From: Lama glama | Taxonomy: Eukaryota | Reading direction: 5' to 3' | NCBI GenBank assembly: GCA_028534125.1 | Contig: CM052817.1 | Span: forward strand, 47,184,001 to 47,248,000 | Length of the DNA: 64,000 bases | Shown: positions 62,901 through 64,000 of the stretch, in pieces | How the letters are laid out: the number at the start of each line of letters is the position of its first letter | Numbering within the stretch: position 1 is the stretch's first letter | The notes under the pieces: model-generated | What the model saw: only the letters and a program-made list of their open reading frames with translations | The model's database searches: none | What the model was told of the DNA's origin: nothing | Program-made: the position numbers and the translations under genes

Positions 62901-63844
62901 AGATTTTACAGACAAAGCTAAGTATGTGGTGGGAGGATTACCAAATGGTAGAATGTCAGCTCTACAGTTTAACTCTTAAATCACCAGCCTGGGAATAGCT
63001 TTATCAAGTTTCTCTCTCCATTTCTGTGTTGATTTAACAGTAGAAATTATTCTCAGATGGCCCGAATCCAGTTGCTGCAAAGAGTTGGAGAGCTACAAAA
63101 ACTGACATTTATAACTATTTCACATTATCATTTTTTCCCCCAAATTAGCAGACTTTTGGCTTAGTTTTTGGAACCAAATTATACCTGGCACACTAATGAT
63201 TCGTATATCCTTCTCCTTTTATATGTGTACAAAAGGACAACCTACCCTAAGTACCTTCTATAAAAGATCCTCTGGCATCTTGCAGACACTTACAATAGTT
63301 ATTATAACATTTTTCCTTCTGAAAAATTTAAAAAATTTATAAGAAGCATCTGACAGATGCCACGGAGCTGACTCCACACTCTGCCAGCGTTAGGAGAGAC
63401 TGCTGTGGTGGAGTGAATATTGGATGGAGGTGAGGAAGACTTAATTACCAAATAATTACCCTTAAAGCTATAGAGGTAAATAACTTTGCCAAGTGGCAGT
63501 GGAACTCCGAATATTTGGGGTCACCTACATATACAAGAATATAATGTGCTATGTGTGCAAAGGCACAGCTGTCCTTAAATAGCTGAGATAAAAAGTAATT
63601 CTTAACCCACAGGAGGCATGCAGGCACTTGGTGTGCGGCAGGCTTGACAGGGCTTCTCTGGGATGTTTTCTAGAGCCGGAAAAAAAGAAAGGTTGTTTTT
63701 GGGAGTAGCATTCATGAGGTATTTTCTAGTTGTTTGATTTGATAGCACCCTGAGCACATGTCTGTCATATCATTTACCACATAACATTAAAATGGCCTGC
63801 AGGTCCACCCAAAGTTTAAGAACACAGGCTGTAGAAACTCTAGA

Positions 63845-64000
63845 GTGCTGCTTGAGATGGCCTTTTCGCTCTGGCACCTATAATTGTTCTGTGCCTCAGT
63901 TTTCTTCACTGTAAAATGGGGTAGGTTGAGGTGAGCTACATGTATGCATGTGAAGCATATCAGATGCAGACATCTACTCAGTGCACCTTAGCTGTTGTCT
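63845..64000 (+). mobile_element. MIR SINE
   Basis: CTGTGCCTCAGTTTTCTTCACTGTAAAATGGGG..TGTGAAGCA. Confidence 0.75.

Noticed and set aside
1..64000. CRISPR-like arrays or a novel multi-gene system
   Set aside because: No regularly spaced repeat-spacer array and no intact genes; the window is mammalian repeat-rich non-coding DNA

Overview
Mammalian nuclear DNA, almost certainly a camelid (Tylopoda). The evidence is a tRNA-derived SINE at 48463-48607 that I recognise as the camelid vic-1 type, plus young L1 3' ends of the kind seen in camelids. The window is AT-rich and intergenic or deep-intronic. I find no supportable protein-coding exon, RNA gene, CRISPR array or new multi-gene system. The ORF track is explained by transposon relics (L1 ORF1/ORF2, L2 ORF2, ERVL gag/protease), microsatellites, a 500-N assembly gap or chance. 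Roughly half the window is recognisable interspersed repeat: L1, L2, CR1, MIR, MLT1/MLT2/MER74/LTR16 LTRs, and hAT and TcMar MITEs. Family names come from recalled consensus sequences, not a database search, and boundaries of old repeats are approximate. The most interesting signals are fossil rearrangement events. (1) A full-length L1 lost about 1.6 kb of ORF2, and the gap was filled by an inverted 123-bp copy of sequence lying 16.7 kb upstream. (2) An ERVL/LTR16 provirus has its gag-pro half inverted relative to its pol-LTR half. (3) A 27-nt poly(A)-tailed micro-retrocopy has a 15-bp TSD. (4) A perfect 23-bp direct repeat lies 1.5 kb apart in ancient DNA. (5) A twin-primed L1 is present. (6) A clustered TEAD+AP-1 motif region is a candidate enhancer.
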